Assembly: GCF_006345805.1 (NCBI RefSeq)
Contig: NC_043007.1
Span: 32,116,001 to 32,180,000 of the forward strand
Length of the DNA stretch: 64,000 bases
Origin: Octopus sinensis
Taxonomy: Eukaryota
Reading direction: 5' to 3'
Below the pieces are notes generated by a model. It ran no database searches and was not told the origin of the DNA. It was given only the letters and a program-made list of their open reading frames with translations. Shown in pieces: positions 11,864-24,370 of this stretch (position 1 is the first letter of the stretch; each line of letters begins with the position of its first letter). The translations under genes were made by a program, and so were the position numbers.

Positions 11864-14609
11864 TATTCCAAAATATAATTTTATACTCAAGTGTAATATT
11901 ACAATAATTCAACAGGTTATCATTTCTTACTTTCAAGGAAACAAAACAGCTAAATTATTCTGATTTCTAAATTCATAATAATTTACCAGAACTTGTCATA
12001 GATTTCTGTAAAAATATCATCACAACATTTTCTTGTTAAATAAATACAATCTTGTCATAAGTGTCAGCTGTATACCAACTTCCATTTTGTAACTTCTCAA
12101 ACATCCACTCATTCTCATCATCATCATCATCATCATCATTTAACGTCCACTTTCCATGCTGGCATGGGTTGGACGGTTTGACGGGAGCCAGCCAGCTGAC
12201 GAGCTGTTCAGGCCCAGTCTGTTTTGGCATGGTTTGTATGGCTGGATGCCCTTCTTAATGCCAAACATTTTACAGAGTGTACTGGGTGCTTTTATACAGC
12301 ACTGGCATGGGTGGTTTTTACATGGTACCACCACCTACGAGCCCACAAAATTAGGGATGCTCAGCTGGAGAGGGTTTCAGGGGACAAGCCTGTATGCAAG
12401 GGTAAGCACTTTGTTACTTAGCTTGACATGTCTTTTCAAGATAGTGATGTGATGGGGCATACAACCAAATTAATGGAAAGTGTGTACAGTGAAGGGGACT
12501 GGGGTTTGGAGAGTGGGTGGGTAAGTTTGTGAGATTGCGAAAGGAGAGGGGAGAATGTTATGAATGGGCACATTTAGGGGAAAGGGGTATTAAGAGGATA
12601 TGCTGTGCGGAAATGATTTGAGAGGGACATATTGTGTGCATGAGGGATTGAAGGGAGGAGAATACAGTGGTGGGTTTTAGAAAAATGGGATGTGGAGGAG
12701 AGATTTCTCAGGGATAGATTGTAGGGTGGGTGTGCACAGATATGAAACACCTGCCTTTATGGCCTTCATTTTACTCAGTTGGGTGGATCTTCTCAAACAC
12801 AGCAAATCGCCAATTGCCCCAGTTCTTTGTCATCTCCTTTGTGAGGCTCAGCATCTGAATGAAGATCAGTTTTCATCACTTCATCCCACATCTTCCTCTT
12901 TCACAGGTATCCGCCATATTTAGAGATTAATTGTTCCTTATGTGATCGTTACCAGCGTCGCGTTATTGGCATTCGAGCCCTGTGCTAGTAGGGTGCTAAG
13001 AACACCATCCGAGTGTGGAAGATTCAAGCGAGGTCGTTGCCAGTACCACCTGACTGGCCCCGTCCCAGTGGCACATAAAAGCACCCACTACACTCTCGGA
13101 GTGGTTAGCGTTAGGAAGGGCATCCAGCCGTAGAAACTCTGCCAGATCAAGACTGAAGCCTGGTGTAGCCATCTGGTTCGCCAGCCCTCAGTCAAATCGT
13201 CCAACCCATGCTAGCATGGAAAGCGGACGTTAAACGATGATGATGATGATATGCAGTTTTATGCGTGTATATTTGTGTCTCCTTGTCTTAACATCACGTT
13301 AGTTTTGTTACTGTTGTAGAAGGATTCTGACCACCCCAAGTGAATGAAGGTGGGCTGTCTCGTTATAAAACAAAGAACTGTGAGCAATTGGGGTTTCGTG
13401 TCGGTAAGCCGTTCGCTGTTAGCCGTGATATAGAGCGTAGAGTCTCATGTAATAGAAATAGTAGTGCACCATGTATATACTTTCTTTCCCCCTGCTTCAT
13501 TATATTATATATCCAATACAAGAATATAAAACTGTCATACAAGCAATATCATGCATTTCCATTATTATGGGGCAATATTACTTTGCTTGGAAACAGGTGA
13601 GGGTTTTGTGAGAAAAAGAGCATCCAACTATGGATAATCAGTCTCAATAAATTCTATTCAACCCATGCAAGCATGGAAAAGTGGATATTACAACAATGAT
13701 AATATTTGTACTCAAAACTATATTTCATGAAATGCCATTACATTAACTCAGGAAAGAACAAGGTATTCATATATCATCATTTAACATCCACTTTCCATGT
13801 TGGCATGGGTTGGATGGTTTAATAGGAGCTGGTCAGCACCACACACACACTCTATACACTGCTTCATATTGGTAGGAAGTACGTTTGAATTGATCAGGTA
13901 TGGGCAATAGAAGCAACCTTACCACTTGAGTTGCCTGGTAAGTATTTTATCATGCTTGATTGAAAGCCTTCATTTTATATTAACAGGCATTGAACTAAAA
14001 ATGTCAGGGAAGAGAACAAAGATTATGCCTGTCCCCCTAACCTTTGGGGTTGTATTGAATAATATTGACACAGTTTTATAGAAATCCAGTCAAGCGTTTG
14101 AATCGTTGAAAATTTGAAAGTATTTATCAAAGGGGTCATCGTTCCAGGACTCATTTATTAACTAGAAACCTACTGAAATTTAAAACTTTGACTTTAAAGC
14201 ATTCATACAATACACCCCCGCAAACATTTTTCTTTATTTCAATTCAAACTACGGGGAATTGTGTTAAACCATGACGCCCTCGTTTTATCGACAGGTTGTC
14301 ATGTGACTTCGACTTTTATAATAGAATTGATGACAATTAAAATAAATACTGCAGTTATTTTCATTGTTGAATGTATGTATTACACACAAAATCAAAAAGG
14401 ATAGGCAGATGATACCTCGCTGTCAGCTTGATTTCAATTGACAGCATTTACGGTTTAACCACGGAGCTTCGAAGGAAAACTGTCAACCTAATGAAACTTC
14501 TTGGGTGTCAACTTTTAGTCGTAACCTGAAGATCTAACGATTTTGCGCCCGCACCACTAAGGTCTGCATATTATACGTCAAACATTACTAGATTTTCTTA
14601 ATGTATGTG

Positions 14610-14646
<37 letters not shown>

Positions 14647-15017
14647 TCATTCACACACTGGGGTTATGTATAGTGTTTTTCAGTAAGAGTTGCGGGACTT
14701 AAAGGACACTTGTTCATTTAAGCATGGTTTATATATTTTTAACCCTTGCTCGCCCCCTTTTTTAAAAATTGTTTCAGGATATTATGGGATTTAGAATCTG
14801 TGAAAAAAATTTCAAAACAAATTTTTTAAAATAGTATAAAAAGAACTTGGGGAAATAACTAACGTTTTCAATCTAATACTTTTTAAATCCATATATTAAT
14901 GATGCGGAAAAAGAACAAAAATATCTTGTAATTGCTGTATAACTTTTCAACATAATATTATGTTTTGTTTTTGGATTTGGTTTGCATGATTCTTTATATG
15001 AATTCGTGTGTTGAAGC

Positions 15018-15179
15018 ATATTCTGTAGTGTCTGGGGAGAGTCATTTTCTTTTTGTGCCTTATAATGTAACAAAATTTCAGGAAAATAAAAATAAGAGAA
15101 AAGTGGAAATTTTACCGGTGAGTGTGTTACATTATAAGGCACAAAAAGAAAATGACTCTCCCCAGACACAACAGAATAT
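15018..15179. mobile_element. Short member of the same foldback family; 55-bp arms with one mismatch
   Basis: Arms at 15018-15072 and 15125-15179 share the tgtctggggagagtcatt core with 45014-45457. Confidence 0.78.
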
Positions 15180-17864
15180 TATGTATTCTATATCAAAAAC
15201 AGTATTGTAATACTGTAGTTTAAATTCATTAAGGATGAACGTGTAATTACAAATGCACACAAAATTTATATAGGCATATTAGAAAAAGTACTTTTATGTT
15301 CGTAAATATATTTCGTTTTAAAAAAATAGAAACTTAAAACAGTGTCCGATTTAAAACAAAGCAGAAATTCTCAATCGTTGATGCTAAAACATAAAAATCC
15401 TAAGACTTTAGGGAAAACGAAAAGCATAAGTCAGAATGGAGCATGATTAAATCCGCACGTGAATGAACAAGTGCCCTTAAATGTCCCTACAAAAATCTTT
15501 ATTTTATATCTTTTTTTTTTATCAGTTTCATACATACAGAAAGTAAATTTTATTGCCTCCACTGACTTTTTGTTTCCTCAAATTTATCATAAATTAGTGA
15601 AATTGCGTGAAAATTAGCAATGTATCGTATAATTATTAATTGTTACTCTTAATACTGTTTTTATTTAAAAGTAAATGGTTTCGTCCAGGAGCGCTCCTGT
15701 AGTTAGATCATTTGAACTTACGCTGTAGAGTTGTGTGTACGTGGTCGAGTATTCCTAAGACAAGGTAATTTTCAGGGAGAAACGGTGTGATAAGCTTGTC
15801 CTGTTAAATTACATGAGTTCTATCCGCAGAGCTTCCTATATAACTTCCGTCGGTGGACTTTCGGAAGAGATATCAGTCTCTCCCTCAATTGGGGAAAGAA
15901 AAGGGGCAAGACATGGGATGGGAATTTTTTATCTTTTTTTTTTTTCAAAAAATTTAATTGCTGTTTTTTTTTAAATTTTTGATCTCCAATTCGTTGCCAT
16001 TTCTCTTCCCTCTGTGGTAATGCTAACTATCCCGGAAGTCCGCTGTTACGTCTACGCTATTTCAACAAGTCAACCCGCGACCATAATAAAATACATTTAC
16101 TCTAAGTGCCGTGCGGTGGGATCGAAACTGAGCCATGTGGTTGCAAAGCATCTACTTGCGCGCGTGGACGCACACAAGTTTATTTTGACGAAAAAGAGCA
16201 TTCGATACCATAGTGAAAATTAATTTTTTTTTTTTCTGTTCTCATTGATCGAGTCCACTCTCTTGCTACTGTTTTGTTTGAGGGTCTTCAGGCAAGTTAC
16301 GAAGACTTGTACACTCACAGACGAAAACCAGAGTCGAGAAACTAAACTCGACTCCATATATATTAAAAATGAGGAAGGCCAGTCTATGGGATCACCTTAG
16401 CTTTCCCGTCCATAAAGGGTTTAGCTTTATAGCATATCGTCAAATCCCTAAAAACTTCTTAGTACAAAATTGAATTTTATCACATCAGAATAAATAAAGG
16501 ACATTCACATTTGAAAATTACCGCCACTGCCTAAACGACCCAGATGTCACACAGGCGTATATATTATATATTTCTTTATTGCCCACAGGGGGCTAAACAT
16601 AGAGGGAACAAGCAAGGACAGACAAAGGGATTAAGTCGATTACATCGACCCCAGTGCGAAACTGGTACTTTATTTAATCGACCCCCGAAAGGATGAAAGG
16701 CAAATTTGAACTCAGAACGTAACGACAGACGAAATACCGCTAAGCATTTCGCCCGGCGCAAGCGCTATATATATGGTGTGGTCTAGGGAAATTTAGCTTG
16801 GTAACTGTAGCGAGTAGGACACGCACTGCTAGTGAATATATCTAGAAATTCTTCCACGTGTTTATGGTGTTTCTCTGCTTGCTTTATTTATATTGAAAAC
16901 TCCAACTAGACTCGAGCCCTTATGTGGTCACTCGAGTTCTTAGAAACAGCAGCTAAATTTCCCTTGACCACACCATATCGTTATTGATATATATGAAGGC
17001 GCATACATTAGACAATCTAGTCTCTGATATATATAAAAAGGCCAGATGGGCCGCCTTTGGTTGTAGGGCCAGCCGTGGGGCTAAGTAACATTAGAAAGCA
17101 CAAACTTTGTAAAACTGTGTCATGTTTACAAGTATTTGATATTGGATTTTCTGTTCATATCACTTTATGTTCGCTCTATTTATCTTTGCATTTTTATATC
17201 CAATATAACAAATATACAGTTAACTTCAATTGAAAAAATAAGTCATGTCATTACTGGTATACCATGTAATTTTTAAATTATTACTTTCATTTATTTTTAT
17301 GGCCTAGTTTGCGGAGGAAGGGCAACGCCTATTAGTCAAGTCCTCGTAAACTAGTAGGAAGAAGTTTTCCTCAAACCGAAGATCTGGTCATAAAATGTTT
17401 GCCACGGAGTCCGCTAAAGGGTCACGATACGATGTTAAAACAGGGACTGATTTAGGTATGATCACTCTAAAACAGGATGGCCTGTCTGGCAAACTTCGGC
17501 TTAAGTTTCGATACAAAAGTAGATTCTCCTATCGTAAACGACAGACGAGGCTTCCGCAACTTCTTGCTTAACAACTTTCATAGATGATTTGTTTATAGTG
17601 ATCAAATAAAGGTTGTGTTGTACATTAGCTCCCTCCGTACAGGTGCACGGGTGCCACACGTCAGGTGTCGAAACGATCGCAAATCAACGCGGAATGAAGT
17701 GCTTTGCTCAATAATACAACCGGACCACCTGGTCAGGGAATCGGGACTATTGCAGAACCCAAAGTGCAGGCTCGAACTAGAAATCACATAGTTCGCAAAC
17801 TTTTATCTGAGATCCATAGATGTCTTCTGTATTTGAAGGGACTTCCACAACAAAGTTTGTAGGA

Positions 17865-18026
17865 GTGGCTGTGTGGTAAGTAGCTTGCTTACCCACTACA
17901 TGGTTCCGGGTTCAGTCCCACTGCGTGGCACCTTGGGCAGGTATCTTCTACTATAGCCTCAGGCCGACCAAAGCCTTGTGAGTGGATTTGGTAGACGGAA
18001 ACTGAAAGAAGCCCGTCGTATATATG

Positions 18027-18059
<33 letters not shown>

Positions 18060-18290
18060 ATGTGTGTGTGTGTGTGTATGTTTGTGTGTCTGTGTTTGTC
18101 CCTCCACAACATCGCTTGACAACCGATGCTGGTGTGTTTACGTCCCTGTAACTTAGCGGTTCGGCAAAAGAGACCGATAGAATAAGTACTGGGCATACAA
18201 AGAATAAATCCTGGGGTCGATTTGCTCGACTAAAGGCGGTGCTCCAGCATGGCCACAGCCAAATGACTGAAACAAGTAAAAGCGTAAGCA
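17865..18290 (+). mobile_element. tRNA-derived SINE family A (representative; other copies at ~5360-5715, 6245-6645, 8555-8950, 19255-19650, 35205-35580, 42310-42670, 46340-46730)
   Basis: Box A-like GTGGCTGTGTGG, box B-like GGTTCAGTCCC, internal (TA)n(TG)n microsatellite, shared 3' body. Confidence 0.85.
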
Positions 18291-20724
18291 TACTTACATG
18301 CATGTATATGTACGTACATACACACACACACACACTCATTAATTCCGTCAATGTGTCTCTGTTAGAGATAGTATTTCAAAAACCTCTTAACTTCATAACC
18401 GTACTTGTGTCCACTACTCTAGAGTTGTAGAGCTTCTACAATTTCCTCTGCCAACACCTAAGAGGCTTAAATGCAGCGCAACAAGTGTATTTATAGTCTG
18501 TTCGAGAAATTTCCGGTTTTTAATAGGGATAGAAGTCTGCAATTATGTTATTTTATATATTTTACAATTGAAAGAACTAACATATTTAATCCGAAATCAT
18601 GGAAGGATGAATGAAATCCGACATTGACTTTCAAGCTCAAATCAAAATTCAAGAAGTTCCTCGTAACTTAGTGGTTCGGCAAAAGAGACAGGTATAGAAT
18701 AAGAACCAGCTTTAAAAAAAAATTAAGTACTGGGGTCGATTTATTCGACTAAAATTCCTCAAGGTGGATGCAACAAGTATTTCTCAGCTCTTGAAATTCT
18801 CTTGAAGTTCTATTCCACACGAGTTATTCGTGCGAACTTATTTGTGGTTTCTCTTCCTGATTGGATTGTCGGCGTGAATTTTAAATGGCCCAGCTGTCCG
18901 GCGGTAAATTTGCATTATCTTTTCTGTTCTTCCTCTGCTAAAATTCAAGGTCCTGCAGATCTTTGATCTGGAGATCATCTGTAACGTATCAATAATAAGG
19001 GGGTTAAATTCTTTCTTCAAGAACCTGAGTTAAACTATACTTTGATTCGAGCGGGTCGCTCTGTTGTTAGTGAATATCAAGCTTAAAGTATACTTCAAGT
19101 ATTGAATTCGTAAACATTTGTGATCCGTAGATGTCTTCTGTATTTGAAGAGACTTGCATGCGTGCGTACACACACACGCATTCATTCATTCATTCATTCC
19201 GTCAATATGTTCCTGTTAGAGTCAGAGTTTCAAAATCTCTATTTCATTTATATGATACTCTTTTACTTGTTTCAGTAATTTGACTGCGGCTATGCTGGAG
19301 CACCGCCTTTAGTCGAGCAAATCGACCCGGGACTTATTCTTTGTAAGCCCAGTACTTATTTTATCGGTCTCTTTTGCCGAACCACTAAGTGACGGGAACG
19401 TAAACATACCAGCATCGGTTGTCAAGCAATGCTAGGGGGACAAACACAGACACACAAACATATATATATATATATACATATATACGACAGGCTTCCTTCA
19501 GTTTCCGTCTACCAAATCCACTCACAAGGCTTTGGTCGGCCCGGGGCTATAGCAGAAGACACTTGCCCAAGATGCCACGCAGTGGGACTGAACCCGGAAC
19601 CATGTGGTTGGTTAGCAAGCTACTTACTACACAGTCACTCCTGCGCCTATGATATTGATTATTAAGAAACAAATCTCCATTCTTGGAATTAAAGAACATC
19701 AACAATTGTACCGATTTTAAAGAAATGTCTTGCATATTTCCAATGCTCTGTCACAGCTCGAAGTATGGGTTCATGCCATGTATCTTCATGACTGGTTAAG
19801 AAGCCCCGTTTTGCAATCACATGGTCCAGTCCCATCGCGCGGCACCTTGGGCAAGTGTCTTCTATTATAGATACGGGTCGACCAGTGCCTTTTAAGTGAA
19901 TTTGATAAACAGGAACTGTGTGGGAGAGAACGATAAAACAGGTACCAGACATAATTTTAAAATAATAATTAAAAAAAAAAACAAGTACCATGGTCGATTT
20001 GTTTTGCCTAAATGTTTCAAGGCAGTGCCCGAGCATGGCCACAGTACAATTGTCGAAACAAGTAAAGAGATGAAAAGTTATAAAGAAGTTGATTGCAATT
20101 TAGACATCAACAACCATAGCCCGTCCTCATCATTACAGTAACAGACAGCAGACCACAGTAGTCATTTGAATGTTTGTTCTAGACTGTTGTATTAACGTCA
20201 TTCCCGTTGGTAATCTTCCATTAATATAATGAGAGGAATAAATCATCCCTTTTTCAACTTATTCATATTTTACCATTCTTCTTTCCACACCACATCATTA
20301 CAAATGGTGACCTATGAACATTATAGTTCCTTATTTTTGAACTATAACGATGTGGAAACGTGAAACTTTAAATTTAAAATACCCAAATATGATCACGTTC
20401 TCCTATGGGTATTAATCATTCTTTCTTATATACCCCACAACATTTCTAGCTCTACACACACATCCATCCTTCCATAGTGTGTAATCGGGTGACATGGGTA
20501 TATCTGTATCTTTAAATCGTAAATCAATCTTGACACATTTATTGTTATTGTACACTACATGGCTGTTACTAATTTCTTTATGCTGAAGTCTGGGTACGCC
20601 ATAAATCCTGATCATATCTATCTAGCTATCTATCTTTAATCTATCTGTCTGTCTGTCTGTTTGCCTAACTACCTACATACCTACTTACCTACCTAACTAT
20701 ATGTCTGTTTGTCTGTCTGTCTGC

Positions 20725-20735
20725 ATATCTATCTC

Positions 20736-20810
<75 letters not shown>

Positions 20811-20811
20811 C

Positions 20812-20855
<44 letters not shown>

Positions 20856-20858
20856 CCT
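20725..20858. repeat. (TATC)n tetranucleotide microsatellite
   Basis: Direct reading. Confidence 0.95.
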
Positions 20859-21192
20859 ATCTCTTTAAATATATATATATTTATATTTAAACACACACAC
20901 ACGCACATACATACACAGACATATATATATCATCATCATCATCGTTTAACGTCCGTTTTCCATGCTAGCATGGGTTGGACGGTTCGACTGGGGTCTGGGA
21001 GGCCAGAAGGCTGCACCAGGCTCCAATCTGATCTGGCAGTGTTTCTACGGCTGGATGTCCTTCCTAACACCAACCACTCCGTGAGTGTAGTGGGTGCATT
21101 TTACATGCCACTGGCATAGGGGCCAGGTGAGGCTGGCAACAGCTACGATCGGTTGGTGCTTTTTACGTGCCACCGGCACGGATATATATGTA

Positions 21193-22968
21193 TCATCATC
21201 ATCATCATTTAGCGTCCGTTCTCCATGCTAGCATGGGTTGGACGGTTCAACTGGGGTCTGTGAAGCTGGAAGGCTTCATCAGGCCCAGTCAGATCTGGCA
21301 GTGTTTCTACGGCTGGATGCCCTTCCTAACGCCAACCACTCCGTGAGTGTAGTGGGTGCTTTTTACGTGCCACCCGCACAGGTGCCAGACAGAGCTGGCA
21401 AACGGCCACGAACAGATGGTGCTTTTACGTGTCACCGGCACGGGACCAGGCGAGGCTGGCCACGGACACGAACGGATGGTGCTTTTACGTGCCACCAACA
21501 CGGGGGCCAGACAGAGCTGGCAAACGGCCACGAACGGATGGTGCTTTTACGTGTCACCGGCACGGGGGCCAGGCGAGGCTGGCAACGGACACGAACGGAT
21601 GGTGCTTTTACATGCCACCGACACGGGACCAGACAGGGCTGGCAAACGGCCACGAACGGATGGTGCTTTTACGTGTCACCGGCACGGGGGCCAGGCGAGG
21701 CTGGCAACGGACACGAATGGATGGTGCTTTTACATGTCACCGACATGGGGGCCAGACAGGGCTGGCAACGGCCACGAACGGATGGTGCTTTTACATGTCA
21801 CTGACATGGGGGCCAGACAGGGCTGGCAAACGGCCACGAACAGATGGTGCTTTTACATGTCACTGACATGGGGGCCAGACAGGGCTGGCAAACGGCCACG
21901 AGCGGATGGTGCTTTTACGTGTCACCGGCACGGGGGCCAGACAGAGCTGGCAAACGGCCACAAACGGATGGTGCTTTTACGTGTCACCGGCATGGGGGCC
22001 AGGCCAGGCTGGCAACGAACACAAACGGCTGGTGCTTTTACGTGCCACCGATACGGGGGCCAGACAGGGCTGGCAAACGGCTACGAACGGATGGTGCTTT
22101 TACGTGTCACCTGCACGGGGGCCCTGATGTTGATCGACCTCAATTTGGTTTGATTTGATTTTGACTGTTCTCACTGGTCTTGCCGGTTTTCTCACGCACA
22201 GCATACTTCCAAAGGTCTCGGTCACTGGTCATTTCCTTGGTGAGACCTAAAGTTCGAAGGTCGTGCTTCACCGCCTCGACCCAGGTTTACCTGGGTCTAC
22301 CTCTTCCACAGGTCCCCTCAACTGCCAGGGTGTGGAACTTTCGCACACAACTATCTTCAGCCATTCTTGCCACATGACCATACCAGCGCATACGTCTCTC
22401 TTGCACACAACAACTGATGCTTCTTAAGTTCAACTTTTCTCTCAAGGTACTTACACTCTGTCGATTATGAACACTGACGTTACACATCCATCGGGGCATA
22501 CTAGCTCCATTTCTTGCGAGCTTACGCAAATCCTCAGCAGTCACAGCCCAAGTTTCACTACCATGTAGAATGGTTGTACGTACACATGCATCATACAGTC
22601 TGCCTTTTACTTTGAGCGAGAGGCCTTTTGTCACCAGCAGGGGTAAGAGCTCTCTAAACTTTGCCCAGGCTATTCTTACTCTAGCAGTTATACTTTCAGT
22701 GCACCCACCCCCGCTACTGACTTGGTCACCTAGGTAACGGAAACTATCAACTACTTCTAGCTTTTCTCCCTGGAAAGTGACGGAAGTTGGTCTCAGAGCA
22801 TTTTCAGTGTTTATTGTTCCTGAGCATCTGCCACATACAAAAACCATCTTCCTAGTTAGCCTTCCTTTGACATTGCTGCATCTCTTATGTGTCCATAGCT
22901 TACACTTGGTGCATCTTATAGAGTTTCTACCTACACCTTTTCTACAGATCGAGCAGGGCCATCTACCT

Positions 22969-22970
<2 letters not shown>
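21193..22970 (-). mobile_element. 5'-truncated RTE-type non-LTR retrotransposon (PHD finger, end of RT, C-terminus, minisatellite-bearing 3' UTR, (GAT)n tail); dead copy
   Basis: Minus-strand translation ...LEVVDSFRYLGD...RIAWAKFRELLPLL...LYDACVRTTILHGSETW...RWYGHVARM...GRGRPR*TWVEAVKHDL (premature stop where K is expected); C4HC3 finger at 22824-22955. Confidence 0.88.
21356..22120. repeat. 61-62 bp minisatellite, 12 units of two types (ABABABAAAABA), inside the LINE 3' UTR
   Basis: 13 GTGCTTTT anchors; A = ccagacag(a/g)gctggcaaacggcc, B = ccaggcgaggctggcaacggacac. Confidence 0.9.
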
Positions 22971-23025
<55 letters not shown>

Positions 23026-23368
23026 ATATATATATACCACACACTTACATACACGCACGCACACACACACACACATATGATCAGCATCATTATCATCATC
23101 ATTATTCAGCATCCGCCTTCCATCCTGGCATGGGTCGGACGGTTTGCAAGGAGCTGGCCAGGCAGGAGCCTGCACTAGACTTCTATAGCTGTTTTGGGTG
23201 GGTTTTTACAGCTGGATGCCCTACCTAACACCAACCACTCAGCAGAGTATACACACACACACACCTACATACATACACATACACGTGCATACACACGCAC
23301 ACACACACACACACACATATGATAAATTATGTATATATTCATGAAATTTTGTTGTTGTTTTTTTATAG

Positions 23369-23405
23369 ATTGCTAATGAAGTGAGCTGCATCAAAGGCTT
23401 GAACA
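23369..23405 (+). other. 5' UTR part of the first coding exon of paralog B, containing a Met-Lys-stop uORF
   Basis: Acceptor ttttatAG ends at 23368; ATG AAG TGA at 23376-23384 and a further in-frame TGA two codons before the main ATG; implies an unlocated upstream non-coding exon. Confidence 0.65.
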
Positions 23406-23494
23406 ATGACCTTAGTTATTTTTTTTGCAAGCCTTTCTGTGATTATCTTAACTTTCCTTCTGGAAAATCGTCAAGCCTTTGTCGACGACTGTTG
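23406..23494 (+). CDS. PLD3: PLD3-like paralog B coding exon 1 (signal peptide / signal anchor)
   Basis: MTLVIFFASLSVIILTFLLENRQAFVDDC(W); phase-2 donor GTAAGT joins in frame to exon 2, giving DDCWISLVETVP (compare PLD3 DPC..VLVESIP). Confidence 0.85.
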
Positions 23495-24189
23495 GTAAGT
23501 AGATTCCATGTATGCAAAATGGCATTACTATATTAATTATAATTATTAACTGTAAAGTTTTGCAATATTTTAGTCACTTAATTGGGATCTTTATCTTTTG
23601 ACTGACAGATTTTAAAAACTATTTTTTGTAACTATATACAGAGTGTATTGGGTTGCTTTTTATGTGGCCCCAGCTCATGTGCTTTTTATACCAATACATT
23701 AATTGCAGGTGTTTTCCCTGTATTTCATAGCAAGTTGACAACAATTATTTTCATAGAAAAATTACTATTTTTAAATCTCACAACGTGAGATATTCAGCAA
23801 CAGTACTTTGTGGCAAAGATTTTCTAATTTATAGATCAGTGACTAGTTGTCACTTTGAAAACTATATATTTCGAATGGGAATTTGGCAGTGCCACCTCTA
23901 GCCGAACAATTATTCTGTGCTGATGAAGGGAAATAACCCGGAAATCGCGATACACAGATATTGTTTTGAGCTGAGTGGGGGTGCTAGATTCCCTTGTTCG
24001 GAAACATAAGGACACAGATCGTGTCTCCTGGGGCTAAATTACAGCAACATTCATCCTAAACTAGGACTGCCATGTTATGTTGGCAAACAATTTTTACTAC
24101 AATTATTTTCGTTATTCGCATTTTATTTAATTACTTTCACCAAATTTTTCATCTCAACTGATAATGAATCTTTCATATTTCTATTTCAG

Positions 24190-24370
24190 GATATCCTTAG
24201 TTGAGACTGTCCCTAAAGATATGACCTATGCCCCAGGTTCACCATCACACCTGTCTACCTATGACGGTCTTTTGTCTTTGATTGAAGAAGCCAAGGACAC
24301 AATTGAGATAGCCTCTTTTCATTGGATACTGGATGCCCAAGATGTACATTCACTGCCATCAGAGTGGGAA
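24190..24370 (+). CDS. PLD3: PLD3-like paralog B exon 2
   Basis: tttcAG / GTAAGT; ISLVETVPKDMTYAPGSPSHLSTYDGLLSLIEEAKDTIEIASFHWILDAQDVHSLPSEWE; 181 nt. Confidence 0.94.

Noticed and set aside
15690-15830. Strong AAG/GTAATT donor at 15765 as the missing 5' UTR exon of paralog B
   Set aside because: The surrounding sequence resembles a decayed SINE-D body (cagggaga...gtgtga.aagct.gtcc), so the donor is not independent evidence.
17300-17460. AG/GTATGA donor at 17456 after CpG-containing unique sequence as an alternative 5' UTR exon
   Set aside because: A donor-like hexamer alone is insufficient without transcript data.
20709-21119. ORFs made of LSIY, YI, HT, ER or CV repeats throughout the window
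   Set aside because: Translations of microsatellites.
21356-22120. Regularly spaced repeats resembling a CRISPR array
   Set aside because: Units are contiguous tandem copies without unique spacers, in eukaryotic DNA with no cas genes.
21238-22158. Several overlapping 100-265 aa ORFs (also at 26095-26946)
   Set aside because: By-products of the 61-62 bp GC-rich minisatellite; open in several frames at once, no splice context, inside a LINE 3' UTR.
22287-23102. 271-aa ORF as a host gene
   Set aside because: The N-terminus is microsatellite translation; the rest is a truncated RTE ORF with a premature stop.
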